59,197 bases of DNA from Catajapyx aquilonaris (taxonomy: Eukaryota): contig KZ538946.1 in NCBI GenBank assembly GCA_000934665.2, positions 1 to 59,197 of the forward strand. The letters are read 5' to 3'. Positions within the stretch are counted from its first letter, which is position 1. Each line of letters begins with the position of its first letter. The translations under genes were made by a program, and so were the position numbers. Below are positions 40,585-54,268 of the stretch, in pieces. The notes under the pieces were generated by a model. The model saw nothing but the letters and a program-made list of their open reading frames with translations. It made no database searches and was not told the origin of the DNA.

Positions 40585-41372
40585 CACGTCAGAAAAAAAT
40601 TAGCGCCCCTCGTACATTAAGACCGCCCGAAATAAGCATAACAACTGCTCATTATTTGTAGCTAGCCACTTCTGAAAAGTATCGGTTACGACTTAGCTAC
40701 TACTACTTACCTGCTATAACTTAAGCTGCTACAGCTTAACTGTTACGACCGAAATGAACATATCAGCTGCCCATTTGTAACTATAGCTCCTTCTGAAAAG
40801 TATCAGTTACGACTTAGCTGCTACTACTGAACTGTTACGACCGAAATGAACATAGCAGCTGCTCACTTGTAGCTATAGCTGCTTCTGAAAAGTATCAGTT
40901 ACGACTTAGCTGCTACTACTTAACTGCTATGACCGAAATCAACATATCCGCTCATTTTTAGCTAGCTCACAGCTAGCTGCTTCTGAAAAGTGTCAGTTAC
41001 GAATTAGCTGTTACTACTAAGCTGTTACGACCGAAATCAGCATAGCTGCTTCTGAAAAGTATCAGGTACGAATTAGCTGCTACTACTTAACTGCTACGAC
41101 CGAAATCAACATAGCTGCTCATTTGTAGCTAGCTGCTTTTGAAAAGTATGAGTTACGAATTAGCTGCTACTGCTTAACAGTTACGACCGAAATCAACATA
41201 GCTGCTCATTTGTAGCTAGCTGCTTCTGAAAAGTATGAGTTACGAATTAGCTGCTACTGCTTAACTGCTACGACCGAAATCAACATAGCTGCTCATTTGC
41301 AGCTAGCTGCTTCTGAAAAGTATGAGTTACGACTTTAACTGCTATAACTTAGTTGCTACAACTCAACTGCTA
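40585..41372. repeat. Repeat with an ~87-bp tandem core (cttctgaaaagtat.agttacga...cgaccgaaatcaacatagc)
   Basis: Units at 41101, 41188 and 41275, plus more diverged upstream copies. Confidence 0.9.
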
Positions 41373-41982
41373 TTGAACCCACGCCGGATCATCAACGATA
41401 ACCGAGGGCGATAAGTATAAATCGTTGATGATCCGGAGTGGGTTGCAACCATATAATCGCCCTCAGTTATCGTTGTGGTACCTGCGGATTGTATAAGGTT
41501 TATCTCATTTCGAGCCTTTGGAAGCTGAGAAATAAGAGGCGGGAAAGGCCAAATAACACAATTTGTGGTCCAAATGGTGGTGGGGAGGGGGAGGNGGGGG
41601 AATAGGAAGAGAGAATAATAATAATAAAAGGAAGGAGAAAAGTGAAAGAAACTATTAGATGCCCCCACTGGTTGGCTATACCCCGCCCAACTTTTTCGCT
41701 TTAAAAAAAATGTCGCGGAATGGCCCTGAAGTATCGCACGATTCAGGATGCATAATATGATTACCATTCAGCGTTTGACCTTCCTATACATATAAGTTCC
41801 GTGCAGCATCTCCCAACAGAAAACAGGTGTTGGGAGGAAAAGAAAAAATAATGCAGGATGTTACTCTCAGAGGAACAAAAAAAAAATGACAAAGTGCACC
41901 CCCAGTGTCTCTAGAGGTTGCGCACACTTACATTTATTTGCGCTAAATCCGATTAGAGATGTCCCTTAGATGATTTTCTTGA

Positions 41983-42456
<474 letters not shown>

Positions 42457-45450
42457 TGAAAATAACAGGAAGGAAAAAAAAAAAATCACAACAACGGGAC
42501 CACTGCTGAAACCACACAAACTATCACTTTTAAAAAATTTTAAAAAAATTTCTTAAAAATCAGCAGCAGTACAAAGGAGGAGAGGTGCAGCTATGTGATA
42601 TAACAAGTCAGTGAACCCCTATCCCCAAAACCCTTTCAAAAAAAATAAATAAATAAATAATGGAAAACTAGTGCAATGCTGAGCCGAAGTGGCGCCAGTG
42701 TGATACGTTATGTAAAGGACAACATATGTGGACGTCACCCAGTGAATAAGGGGGAAAAAACAACAAGCTCAGCTCAGTACAACGGTGCCACAGGAACTGA
42801 AATTATTCAACGGAACCTCATTATATATATAAATAAAATATTTGGCTACAATGCCCAGTGGCCAAAATAAAAAGGACCACCGCACGGGACTATCCGTGTT
42901 GACCCTCCTCAATTTTTGTGTGTAAAGATTTCCTTTTACTATACATAGAGGTATCCAAGAATGAATGTGATGTTCCAACTATTGTACATACGGATAAGAA
43001 TGAAGAAGAAGAAGAAGAAAAAAATCAGAATTGTCGACGAAATATTTGGAAGAAAAGAAAAAAAATGAATTTACCACGCGTTGTTAGCTTGGTGAGTTAT
43101 TTTGTAGTTTGAGGTCTGTTCGGTCTCGTGGTAGTCTCTTTATCGTCCATACATTTTTTTTTACTGTACATGATCCTCATTACCTAATTTTTCGTCTCAT
43201 CAGGATACGCACATTTTTTTTATATAAAACATTGCCAATGCCAATCGATATCCTATTGATGTATTCAGTGTGCAAAATTTCTTGCCAAAAAAAGTTAATT
43301 GGTGTTTAAAAAATTTTTGAACCTTCCGATATCGATTGGTGTTCAGGGTGGCCAAAATTCCTACATAAAAAAATTGTACATTTACCACCAGTGTGGCCAC
43401 CTTGCAAGTATTTTCCGACTGATTTTTATTTCCCTTTAAAAAAAAAAGGTTGGTAAGCCTCACAGTTGTTGGAGATACAAGGTCCTCAACCTCAAGCTTT
43501 GATCTATGATCTATCAGTTGGGGGGGGGGGGGGGNGAGTCGTAATCTATTTCCAAGGCTGTAGAAGTCCTGACCCGGGGGTACCTCCTCCCGTTTTAGTT
43601 CGGGACCCTGGGCCTCCCAAAAATACATCCGTGGGTGAGCCCCGTAAAGTTTGCTAACTATTTGTCACCTTCAGACTATCAAGGTATTGTTAGACCCCAG
43701 CTACCCGCTGCCAATTTGGAAGGTCGCGAAGCCCCCCCACAAAAAAATTCCGCACACAAAAATTTCGCCCCAACTATCTCCACCTGTTATGTTGAGGCTT
43801 CCAGCTCCTTTTTTTTGTTTGTTTCCTATACTTAAGAGGGCGATTTTTTTTCTCTCTTGAATTTGTGACTTGACCTAGGTCATTCTTCCTTGCTATTTTG
43901 TTCACACTTTTTTTTTTTAAAAAAAGGACCAAGCTGTCATTTTTTTTGCTCTATTTCTTTGCCAGGGTTGTTGCTTTATTGTTGCTTTCGGATTTTTTAA
44001 AGAAATAATACCACCCGTCCCTTCCGATCATCCTGATTTATTTTTTTTGAGAGATGAAAAAGAGATAAAATAGAGAAAAAAAAGTCTATTTTGTAGCCTG
44101 ACATATCTACATCCCCCCTGCACACATCTTGCTCCCCCCCAAAAAAAAATTTGTTTCCCCCTGGTATATACTGTCCTATCTTTCTTATTTTGTTGCTTTT
44201 TACCAACCGTCCTCTTTTTCTGAGGAGCAAAACTCTCCAATAAAATGATCTCAAGACGGAACAGAAAACACTCGATTGTTTCATTTTTTTTGTTGTGTAT
44301 TATTAGTGTACCTACAGGTGTATTATCCGTACCTACAGGTGTATTACTCGTACCTATACAAGGATGCTTCAGATGATAACAATTGTTGAGTAAGTCCAGC
44401 TAAAAATTGACAAGTAACTGGTGCCAACCAAACGGAGCCAAAAATTGGCGTAACCTGTGCAATGTTTTTTTTTTGGAGACAATTAAAACCAGAATCAAGG
44501 TAAATATTTCGTGGCATCTCCAAGCTGCCAACACGCGTCATTTACCAACGTGATTTCACGCGTGACACAAGAGTTTATTTTGGAATTGGGCAGAAAAAGG
44601 ACCTTCCGGCTATACCTGGAGGCAGGTAGGAGCTGGACTAATTAAAAAAGGATTAGGTTTTTTTTCACCCACAAGCCCAGCCTGAAGCGATTGATACCTG
44701 ATCGTAAATTGGTCGATCGATTGAAACCAATTGATTAATCAAGGTCATGTATTGCACAAGGTTCAAATGACGTCTGCGGTCTTCCAATCCGATCCAATAT
44801 ATAATTTTTTCGCTTGGTATGACACGAGGCTACAAATTCCACTTGTAACTGATGCTTAAATAAGCGCTAATTAAATCTGATTGGCCGCGATAAAAAAAAA
44901 TTGGCTGCTGACCTTGGTGGGCAAAATGTCGAAATGATTTGCGATCATTTTTATTTCGTATCAAACATTATCTTCCGACCGGAATTTTTTTTTGCAATCA
45001 TATGCGATTAGAAAGCTAGAGGTGAATCGCACGTATTGTTACCTGGACGACCTTCCTTGGACTAGGAAACTGATTGTTTCCGATTCGTCCAACTTTTTTT
45101 AACAATTGTTTGCTCAGATAAAATTGAACTCCGCCCTTCATCACAACCAATGGGTTTTCTTTCCTCTTCCTTATGATTTCTGGGTTTCTGGGCTGGTCAC
45201 GATTTTTTTAAAACACGGGTCATCGTTCCGAGTCGCAGCTATATCAAACGGATACTGAGTGAGAGAGAGAGAGAGGACACCGCAATTGGTAATTGTTTCC
45301 GTTCAAAAAAAGAGGCACTACCGGTGCATCGGTATGACCATCTGGATTGTATCAGGTGCGACCCCCTTTACCCTCAACCCATTCAGCACGATCGTGAACT
45401 CTTGATATCCTGTCACAAATTTTTTTTATTTTTAAAAGCCGCAATGTACA

Positions 45451-45645
45451 TGGTGTCGTACTTGTGGCGCAACTAGCAGTTGGCGTCAAAAGGGCGAATC
45501 GAAATTTGCCATCCGTATGGCCAGCACCTTCACTTCTCAAACCGCAGGCCTAGAAAAACCATCGCTTCACTCGCGATCATACAGCAAATTTCAATTCGCT
45601 TTTTTGCCGTTAGCGTCTTGTAGCGCCACAAGTACGACACCATTA
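45451..45645. mobile_element. MITE-like element, same family as 7688-7927
   Basis: tggtgtcgtacttgtggcgc ... gcgccacaagtacgacacca TIRs; internal accgcaggcctagaaaaa. Confidence 0.75.
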
Positions 45646-46204
45646 ATCTGCCATCCGCTCGAAGAAGACCGTAACTCAACATCCACTTTCCCTTGCGGCG
45701 AGAAAAAAAGTAGTGGTACCAAAATCATCCAACAGGTGGAGTATGGGTGCCCGTTCCTTTCTCACTTCCTTCAACGCCACCTCTTGGATGATTTCGGTAA
45801 CACTTGCTTACTTTTCTCGCCGCAAGGGAAGGGGATTTTGAGTTACGGTTTTCTTTGAGCGGACGGCAGTAATGTCCATCACTGTACGATAAGGTCCAAT
45901 ACTGTTTTAAAAAATTGTTGTACCGCGACTAAATCATTATGAAGTGGCAAATAAAGACTGGAAACCGGCATAAATATTGTCAAAATTATGATGGATCAAA
46001 AATGGCGGCCATTGTGTTGAATGACTCACCTCACTTATCACATTCAATTCCTGGGGTTGACGCCTATTTTTAGTCCTAATGGGACCTGCTTGTGACTTAC
46101 ACGCACTTATAGCCTACAGTTGTGTACAGTATTAATATCAAAATGTGAAATTATCGCCACCGACGCTGCTAGTAAAACTGCTAATTTAGCAGCACTGGTA
46201 CACG

Positions 46205-46377
46205 TGTACAGTACTGGCCAATAATCGAGGCAACGACTAGCGACATTTTCCCGAAGCGGCAGAAGAAGGAATCGAAGATAAGCATGCTTCAAGCCGGGCG
46301 AGCAAGATTCCTTCTTCTGCCGCTTCGGAAAAATGTCGCTAGTCGTTGCCTCGATTATTGGCCAGTAGTACTGTACA
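46205..46377. mobile_element. Palindromic MITE-like element
   Basis: tactggccaataatcgaggcaacgactagcgacatttt.ccgaagcggcagaagaaggaatc, its reverse complement, and a ~30-bp spacer between them. Confidence 0.85.
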
Positions 46378-46959
46378 ATACTGCTAAGTGAGCAGTAACT
46401 AGCAGTGAGACGAAAATTCGACTCGTTGTTTTTAATTTAAAATAGTGAAAAGGTGAAGTTAGCTCACTTTATGTCGTGGGATTAAAAATGGCGTCGTTCG
46501 TATGAACCCGGCCGCGCATGCGCAACGCCCGGACGCGTTCGTGTGGCTGTAAAAGTATACGAGGTGGGGGGATTTGACCTCGGCCAGAACCGCAATCAGG
46601 GCCAGCCCATCTAATTAGCCATTAAGACCCTAGCACAGTAATTACAGGGTGTTTCCGCACGCATATTTCCTTCCCAGCATTACTTTCAATTATAAATCCC
46701 GAGAAGTGCACACAAAAAAAGAGAGAGAGAAGGAGAAAACAAACAACAACAAAAAAAGAGAGGTGGCAGAGACCTCCCCCAATTAAACCAGTTTACCCAT
46801 CCTCAAACAAATGTTTACGGGATACATCTGGACAGCTCCAAAATCCCATGAAAATAAATAACTAATTACCATCACAATTAACCAGATCTCGTCGCCAGGG
46901 CAATTAAAATCCACTTTCGCGCAAATGGACATTCGTTAAAAAGGGTTAACAGGTGCATC

Positions 46960-48110
46960 CGGCAACACTGCTGATCACATCAGTCGAAAACTAGGCAACA
47001 CTGATCAAATGATTTGTCAAGACCTGGAAACACCGTTGATCACATAAGTCAAAACCTGGCAACTCTGTTGATCACATAAGTCACAACCTGGCAACTCTGT
47101 TGATCAAATGATTTGTCAAGACCTGGCAACACTGCTGATCACAATAGTCAAAACCTGGCAACTCTGTTGATCACATAAGTCAAAACCTGGCAACTCTGTT
47201 GATCACATAAGTCAAAACCTGGCAACTCTGTTGATCACATAAGTCAAAACCTGGCAACTCTGTTGATCACATAAGTCAAAACCTGGCAACTCTGTTGATC
47301 ACATAAGTCAAAACCTGGCAACTCTGTTGATCACATAAGTCAAAACCTGGCAACTCTGTTGATCACATAAGTCAAAACCTGGCAACTCTGTTGATCACAT
47401 AAGTCAAAACCTGGCAACTCTGTTGATCACATAAGTCAAAACCTGGCAACTCTGTTGATCACATAAGTCAAAACCTGGCAACTCTGTTGATCACATAAGT
47501 CAAAACCTGGCAACTCTGTTGATCACATAAGTCAAAACCTGGCAACTCTGTTGATCACATAAGTCAAAACCTGGCAACTCTGTTGATCACATAAGTCAAA
47601 ACCTGGCAACTCTGTTGATCACATAAGTCAAAACCTGGCAACACTGCTGATCACATAAGTCAAAACCTGGCAACTCTGTTGATCACGTAAGTCAAAACCT
47701 GGCAACTCTGTTGATCAAATGATTTGTCACGACCTGGCAACAATAGTCAAAACCTGGCAACTCTGTTGATCACATAAGTCAAAACCTGGCAACACTGCTG
47801 ATCACGTGATTATAGTCAAAACCTGGCAACATTGCTGATCACATAAGTCAAAACCTGGCAACTCTCTTGATCAAATGATTTGTCCAGACCTGGCAACACT
47901 GCTGATCACGTGATTATAGTAAGACCTGGCAACACTGCTGATCACATAAGTCAAAACCTGGCAACACTGATGACCACGTGATTATAGTCCAGACCTGGCA
48001 ACACTGTTGATCACAATAGTGAAAACCTGGCAACACTGCTGATCATGTGATTATAGTCGAGACCTGGCAACCCTGTTGGTCCCGCGATAAGTCAAAACTT
48101 GGCAACAGTG
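46960..48110. repeat. 32-bp satellite array (about 35 copies)
   Basis: gatcacataagtcaaaacctggcaactctgtt, homogeneous in the centre and diverged at both ends. Confidence 0.98.
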
Positions 48111-48903
48111 CACCCCCGCCCACTCTGAACGTAGTACCATGTCCCTCACATTGATGGCGCATCTCTTTCAGTGTCTGTGTGGACAAACAGAGGCACAGCG
48201 ACTCCGTTGCTTTTTTTATATATATATTTCAAACCTGTTTCTAGGCTAAACGATCCCCAAAAATTTATCTCGTCGTTGTTTTTTTCACACGTTTGGGAAT
48301 GCAAAGTAGGTGACAACTTGTGAGATGCATGTGGTCACGGGCAGGTGACGCGCCCTCGGGGAGGTCTGACCTTGCCCCGGAGAGGTCACTCATGGGCGAG
48401 CAAATGCGTGGCCTACCATACCATTTTCAAAGAGAGGATGATGATGATGATGAGAGTAGAGAGCAAAATGTGTGTACAGCACACTGTATAGTAGAGTTGT
48501 AGAGAGAGAGAGAGGTTATCTGTGATGAGCATCAAAGTCACACGTGCGCTCTTCCGCCGTTGTCCCTTACCACCTGGCTACACTTCCTCTCAATCTAAAA
48601 AAGCAGCAGGACCTTGGAAATCATGCTCACTTTACCGTACATACCAACACATAAATCACGATCATCAAAAAAAGTACACTCGAGGTTAAAAAATTATCAT
48701 CTCTTTCTTCCGCCGTCCCCCCCTATTGAAAGGGGGGGAGAAGTTACCCAGCCGAGATTCTAATCAAGATTTTCCCAGGACCACAAGTTTTTTTTAGTCG
48801 ACTAATTTTGTTGCTGTTGTCGACCCTAGTAGTTTACTTGTATTGAAGCACACAAAACATCGCCGATATGGCTATATTATTTTACATGGGGGGGGGGGGG
48901 GGG

Positions 48904-48927
48904 NNNNNNNNNNNNNNNNNNNNNNNN
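48904..48927. other. Assembly gap (N run) within a poly-G tract
   Basis: Run of Ns flanked by G homopolymers. Confidence 0.99.
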
Positions 48928-50877
48928 GGGGGGGGGGAATTAGTCAAAAAATCAGATGTTATCTACTGGATGGGACGAGTGAGGCGGACCAGACCCCCAA
49001 TTTTTTTTAAAAAGGTTTCCAAGTACATGACAGTGATATAGTTGCATTTAAAAAAAAAAATGTAGACAGTATGCCCATCAACGTCTTAATTATTTCCCCC
49101 TGTTTTTTCCGAGACACTAATTAGCACCATGAAGATGTTTCCCACCAAACGCGGTCACTAAACACTGTAAATTCTGATTTAAAAAATTTCGGGAATAAAA
49201 TGTGTTGCCATTATTTCCAACACTGGCTGTCCTAACTTCCCGTTATTTCCAGGCCTGTTCGGTCCGAAAACAAAGATGGCCGCCAAGTTGTGTCGAAGTG
49301 AGTCGTTCCATCCAGTTTTTCTGTGCCCCTGGTGCTTCTTATTGGCCCGTGGGCCTGCCCCGTGCTCTGCCCGTAGCTCTGCCCCGTGGTGCACCATCGT
49401 ACATAACCAGCTGAACTATATGAAGCCTGATTGGGGTGTGAGCAATGCTCATAAAGTTGATCCCATTTTCGTGTCATCCACAGTGAAGGTAACCTCTGAC
49501 CCAAAAAGGTCGCGATCGAGCTGTAATCACGCTCTGAATACAATAAGCAATGGAAGTTACATAATATTGTGAAGCTGCGCTGGTCATTTGGCCAGCCCTT
49601 TGGAATTGTGGATTTCCGGGATGTTTGAAGGTGCATATTGTTGTTGCGTGTGTTGGGGGCGTGGGTGGCAGCGACGCCTAAAATGGGTGTGGAGTTCCGG
49701 TCATAACTTTCCGACAATAGATCCATATCACACTCTGCAGGATGGTTATATCACACCCCTGGTAGCAACACTGTAAAAGAGAGGCTGCTAATCACCACTT
49801 CTGAGGGATGGACACACAAAAGAGGGGGTTAAATCCATTGGAAAAATATTGAGGGGTCCAGATGTGTAGTTGTCAAGTGCGGGGCAGCTGTGGCTCCCCC
49901 CAAAAGAGCCCTTGTCATGACCGCCTCTCTCAACGCCCCATTGTTGCGAGGGGGTATGACTTTCCCAATTGTCGTCACAAGCTGGGCGAAATGACCCCTT
50001 CAGAATCAAGCAGTGCACATCAGAATTTGGCCACATTGTCTGGCACTATTGTTGCACCGATATTTTAAAAAATATGACTACATGTGAGACTCTGAGTGAT
50101 TCGTATGATCTAATGCGTCCTGCTTGTCTGTTTTAGATGCTGCTGGAGGATGTTTCATGGTCCAGATGATGACAGTAATGGGGAGGGATACATTTCAACC
50201 AAAAGTAATGTGCAGATGAGTTTGAGTTTATTTGGAAGAAGCCAAAGCAACTATGGCTATCTGGCTGTAAAGAAGAAGCAAAGGTGGGACAGATGGAGAG
50301 AGAAACGAAGAGGAAAAAAGAAGAGAGGAAAGACTGGCATCTCTCTTAGTCTGTCTCCTATCCCAAAGACCTGTCCGGCTTGGGTGGCCCTACCAGTAGA
50401 CGAAGCTACCGCCGGCATAGCTCTTGGGGTCACGGGAGAAACTCAAACCCCCCCCACCACGATAAGGTGGAGATACCATCGGGGGGGATGTGCAGATGAC
50501 ATTTGAAATATGAGGTGGAGACTATGTTAAATGTGTGTATTTTCAGGAAGGACTGTATGCAGGAGAGGGTGACCCTTTGACTTTTCTGCCTTGGCTGTCA
50601 GTTGAATGACCATCCACCATCAGAAGTGATGTCTGCTGCAGCACGGAAGACCAAAAGGGTGTAGTAACAGAGGCCGCTGGCTGGAGAGGTCAAGGTCACT
50701 GCGGCATCCACACCTGCTGTCCAGTCTGGATCAGGATTCCTGCCGAGGAGCCATGGTGGTCTGAAGCTGGGATCCAGCAGCCATGCCAACAGTGGGTCCT
50801 CAGAGTCCAGGAACAGCTGGTGAATGCAGCTGGAGACCGAAATGAGTGGCAAGGATGGGCCACTTCTGCTGATTTAC

Positions 50878-51015
50878 CGAAGCAGGTTCGCTTAGGTGTT
50901 AAGGAGCCTGACAGCTCATCGGGAGGTCCTGGGTTCGAATCCCGGGACCGGCGACCCTGACCGTGGTTTTCTGTGGTTTCCCACGGTCCACCCAGGATAA
51001 TTCCGGGGTCGCTTC
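50878..51015 (+). mobile_element. tRNA-derived SINE fragment
   Basis: Perfect B box GGTTCGAATCC (50932-50942) in a T-arm hairpin, followed by a gtggttttctgtggtttccc...cccagg body typical of arthropod SINEs. Confidence 0.7.
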
Positions 51016-52172
51016 CGGGTCATTCAACGCCAGATCACCTGATGCCATGTGCTCTCACATCTCAGTTGTTTTTCAAAATTTCAACATGAGCAGCTACGCT
51101 CTCTTCGTAACATGAAGGTTGAAGGATCGCTATTTAATGTCTCTGTCTCTATAAAGTAGGCGATGGCCAATAGTTTCACAACTATCTGTTCTCTTCCTCA
51201 GATGCAGGACACAGCTCCTGTTCACATAAACCGCCTGGAGGAGGAGCAAGAAATCCAGAGAAGAACGCTCCAAGGAATATTGCAGCACCATCATACCTGG
51301 CAGAATCTACATCTCGTATGTGCGATTATGCAGATTAACTTTTTTCATATAATGCGTGTTGTGCCCATATCTATGGATCAGAAAAAACAAAAACAAGCTT
51401 GCTAATAAAGAGCCTTTTAATTATCCCTCAAATAAATTCTTCATCATTGAGATTCCAGGTCAATTACGAGTAATGGCGGTGTGCAGAGGGAGGTTGGCCA
51501 GCACCATGGATACACGTTGCTTTTGAGAGAGTGCCCCTTGAAGTATCAGTTCGAGAGAAACATCTTGTGATGATGGGGGTGGCGTACTGCGGACGGAATG
51601 ATTTGGGAACATACCACTCTTGACATACGCAGTTTCTTACACCTTTTTGGTTTGTTTTTGACGAGTGTGAGAGTGGATGCTCTTCGTGTGTGGGAAGCTA
51701 TCATTTTCTTCTAGTGGACATTTCCCTTTTTAGACCTTCTGTAGCAGGTATAGGGTGGCCATTTCCAAATCTTCAGAAAGGACACAGCTGGTAGGTATAT
51801 ATGTATATTGTATATGCTTTATACAGTGCAATACATTGCGTGATCCCTGACCTCGGGTCACACCCTGACTAGCTCAGTAACGCAGGTTCAGTTGGAGAAA
51901 AGATGTCAGGTTGGGAGAAAAGGGTGGACGAAGCGGAGTGGAAAACTGGAGAAGCAGCGAAAATAATGGTTTCTGATAACATACTGTATAATGAATATGT
52001 CTTTTTTTCTTAATATAACTGAAACACAAATTATCACATTCTTTTACTTATAACACACTAATAAGGCTTAAAAAAATGTAACTTAAATCAAATATTTTAT
52101 GGCGATTGTTGAATTTTGTGGCGCCCTTTCTTTATACAATAAGTACATGCTGGAGAGAGCGTCAGTATCGAA

Positions 52173-52246
52173 GTAGCGCAGTGGTCTAGTGGTTAAGACT
52201 CTCTCTTCGTAACCCGAAGGTTGAAGGATCGAATCCTGAAAGGAAG
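52173..52246 (+). pseudogene. tRNA-derived (Thr-CGT-like) Pol III head, left arm
   Basis: A box TGGTCTAGTGG, loop TTCGTAA, B-box-like GGATCGAATCC. Acceptor and anticodon stems do not pair. Confidence 0.7.
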
Positions 52247-52375
52247 ACGCCGTTTCTTTTTATCGCTGTGGACCCTTTCTCGCTGTTACTTCATCTCTCA
52301 TTTCTCATTTATTTCTCTTTGAAGTGCATCTGGTAAATAGGCTAGACCCTTCCAACACTCACACTCTCGTTGCAC

Positions 52376-52446
52376 CAGAGCGTGGCTCTGTGGTAGCGCA
52401 TCAGACTCTCAATCGGAAGATGAGGGTTCAAGTCCCGTGTCTCCTT
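52376..52446 (+). pseudogene. Second tRNA-derived Pol III head (anticodon loop CTCTCAA), left arm
   Basis: A box TGGCTCTGTGG and B box GGTTCAAGTCC at tRNA spacing; stems degenerate. Confidence 0.7.
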
Positions 52447-53994
52447 GGTTGATAAGTCAGAAGAAAATATTTGCAGCCGACATCTCTGGCCAAGATGGCG
52501 ACTGTTCCTTCGCAGTTTCCCCAACACTTCTTCAGAGGTGTTAGAGGAGCAGCGAAGAGAGGGGGGGGGAGGGGCGGAGAGGGGGAGGAAAAGGGGGGAG
52601 GGGAGAAATTTTTTTTTGAAATTTTTAAGACACCTGCTTAATGGTAGGGGGCGGTCACTTTTTTCGATGAAAAAAGTCATAAATATAAAAAGTCAATTAA
52701 ATGATCAAGTGGCTTCGCTTGTGTTGTCCACCCTACGCACCCCATTGTGGATACATTTGTCTTATACCAGGGAGTTCCACACTCAAACCTATCACCCCTC
52801 CAAATATTTAAACCTACAATTTAAACTATAGGTCCTATAAAATCACCAGCACATGCAAATGATTCGGCCCATTTTTTAGGTCATTTTCAATGGTTTGTTG
52901 CAGCCTGACCTTTGACCTGAAAGGCCCTAATATTAGGTTTTTGGTCAGGGGCCAGGCCCTACCTCGGTCTCCATCTGTCGAGTCTTTCGTAATGAGACTG
53001 TACATAGCGCAGTACACAGATATACAGTATATCTCTCTCGATGTGAACAAGTATGTCCCTAGCGCCTAGCCTACTAGCCTATACTAGCTGGGCGGGGGTG
53101 GAATGGGGAGAATATGTAAGGTCAAAGAGACAGGAAGGTCAACAAGCCTACACAAGAATTTTCCTATCTAAAGCCGCGTCGACGATATGCGCATCTCCAC
53201 CCACAGCAGAAGCGGGTGGGGATTTATTATTTTATTAATCCAAAGAGCAATGCCACGAAAAGGTGATGCCGAATGACCGTCCTGATGACCCGAAGGAGGT
53301 GACCACTCGCCTCCTACTGATACCAGCCAACTGGGACTGCTATACATTTGGCTAGGGGCATACTTGTTCACATCGAGAGAGATATACCGTACTGTATATC
53401 TATATGTACTGTGCTCTGTACAGTCTCATTACGAGAGACCCGACAGATGGAGACCGAGTTGGGACCTGGCCCCTGACCAAAAACCTAATATTAGGGCCTT
53501 TCAGGTCAAAGGTCAGGCTGCAACAAACCATTGAAAATGACCTAAAAAATGTGCCGAATGATTTGCATGTGCTGGTGATTTTATTGGACCTATAGTTTAA
53601 ATTGTAGGGTTAAATATTTGGAGGGGTGATAGGTTTGAGAATGGAACTCCCGGGTATAAGGTAAATGCACCCACTTGGGCAGTGGTAGGGTGGGGGACGG
53701 CCCACACAAACCTGAATTCTTCAATTTTTGAATGATTATATTAAAGACTTTTTTTCTTCGAAAAAAGTGACCGCCCCCTCCCATTAAGTAGGTGTTTTCA
53801 TTAAGTAGGTGTTTTAAAAATTTCCAAAAAAACTTTCTCCCCTCCCCCATTTTCCTCCCCCTCTCTACCCCTCCCCCCCTTCTTCGCTGCTCCTCTAACA
53901 CCTCTGAAGAAGTGTTGGGGAAACTGCGAAACAGTCGCCATCTTGGCCAGAGATGTCGGCTGCAAATTTTTTTTTCTCTGACTCATCAACCGTG

Positions 53995-54063
53995 GAGATT
54001 CGGGATTTGAACCCGCATCTCCCGATTGAGAGTCTGACGCGCTACCACAGAGCCACGCTCTGG
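53995..54063 (-). pseudogene. Second tRNA-derived head, right-arm copy
   Basis: Reverse-complement copy of 52376-52446; B box GGTTCAAATCC. Confidence 0.7.
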
Positions 54064-54193
54064 TGCAACGAGAGTGTGTGTGTTGGAAGGGTCTAGCCTA
54101 TTTACCAGATGCACTTCAAAGAGAAATAAATGTGAAATTAGAGATGAAGTAACAGCGAGAAAGGGTCCATAGCGATAAAAAAGAAACGAAGTC

Positions 54194-54268
54194 TTCCTTT
54201 TTCAGGATTCGATCCTTCAACCTTCGGGTTACGAAGAGAGAGTCTTAACCACTAGACCACTGCGCTAC
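54194..54268 (-). pseudogene. First tRNA-derived head, right-arm copy
   Basis: Reverse-complement copy of 52173-52246. Confidence 0.7.

Noticed and set aside
46960..48110. CRISPR-like array of 32-bp repeats
   Set aside because: Units are head-to-tail with no unique spacers, there are no cas genes, and the context is eukaryotic. It is a satellite.
53262..53324. Hammerhead ribozyme or C/D snoRNA in the foldback spacer (CTGATGA ... CTGA)
   Set aside because: No GAAA core after the putative stem II. Box C is imperfect and the element is short with no convincing terminal stem. An Infernal/Rfam search would settle it.
52173..54268. Four functional tRNA genes
   Set aside because: A and B boxes are present but acceptor and anticodon stems do not pair; treated as tRNA-derived repeats.
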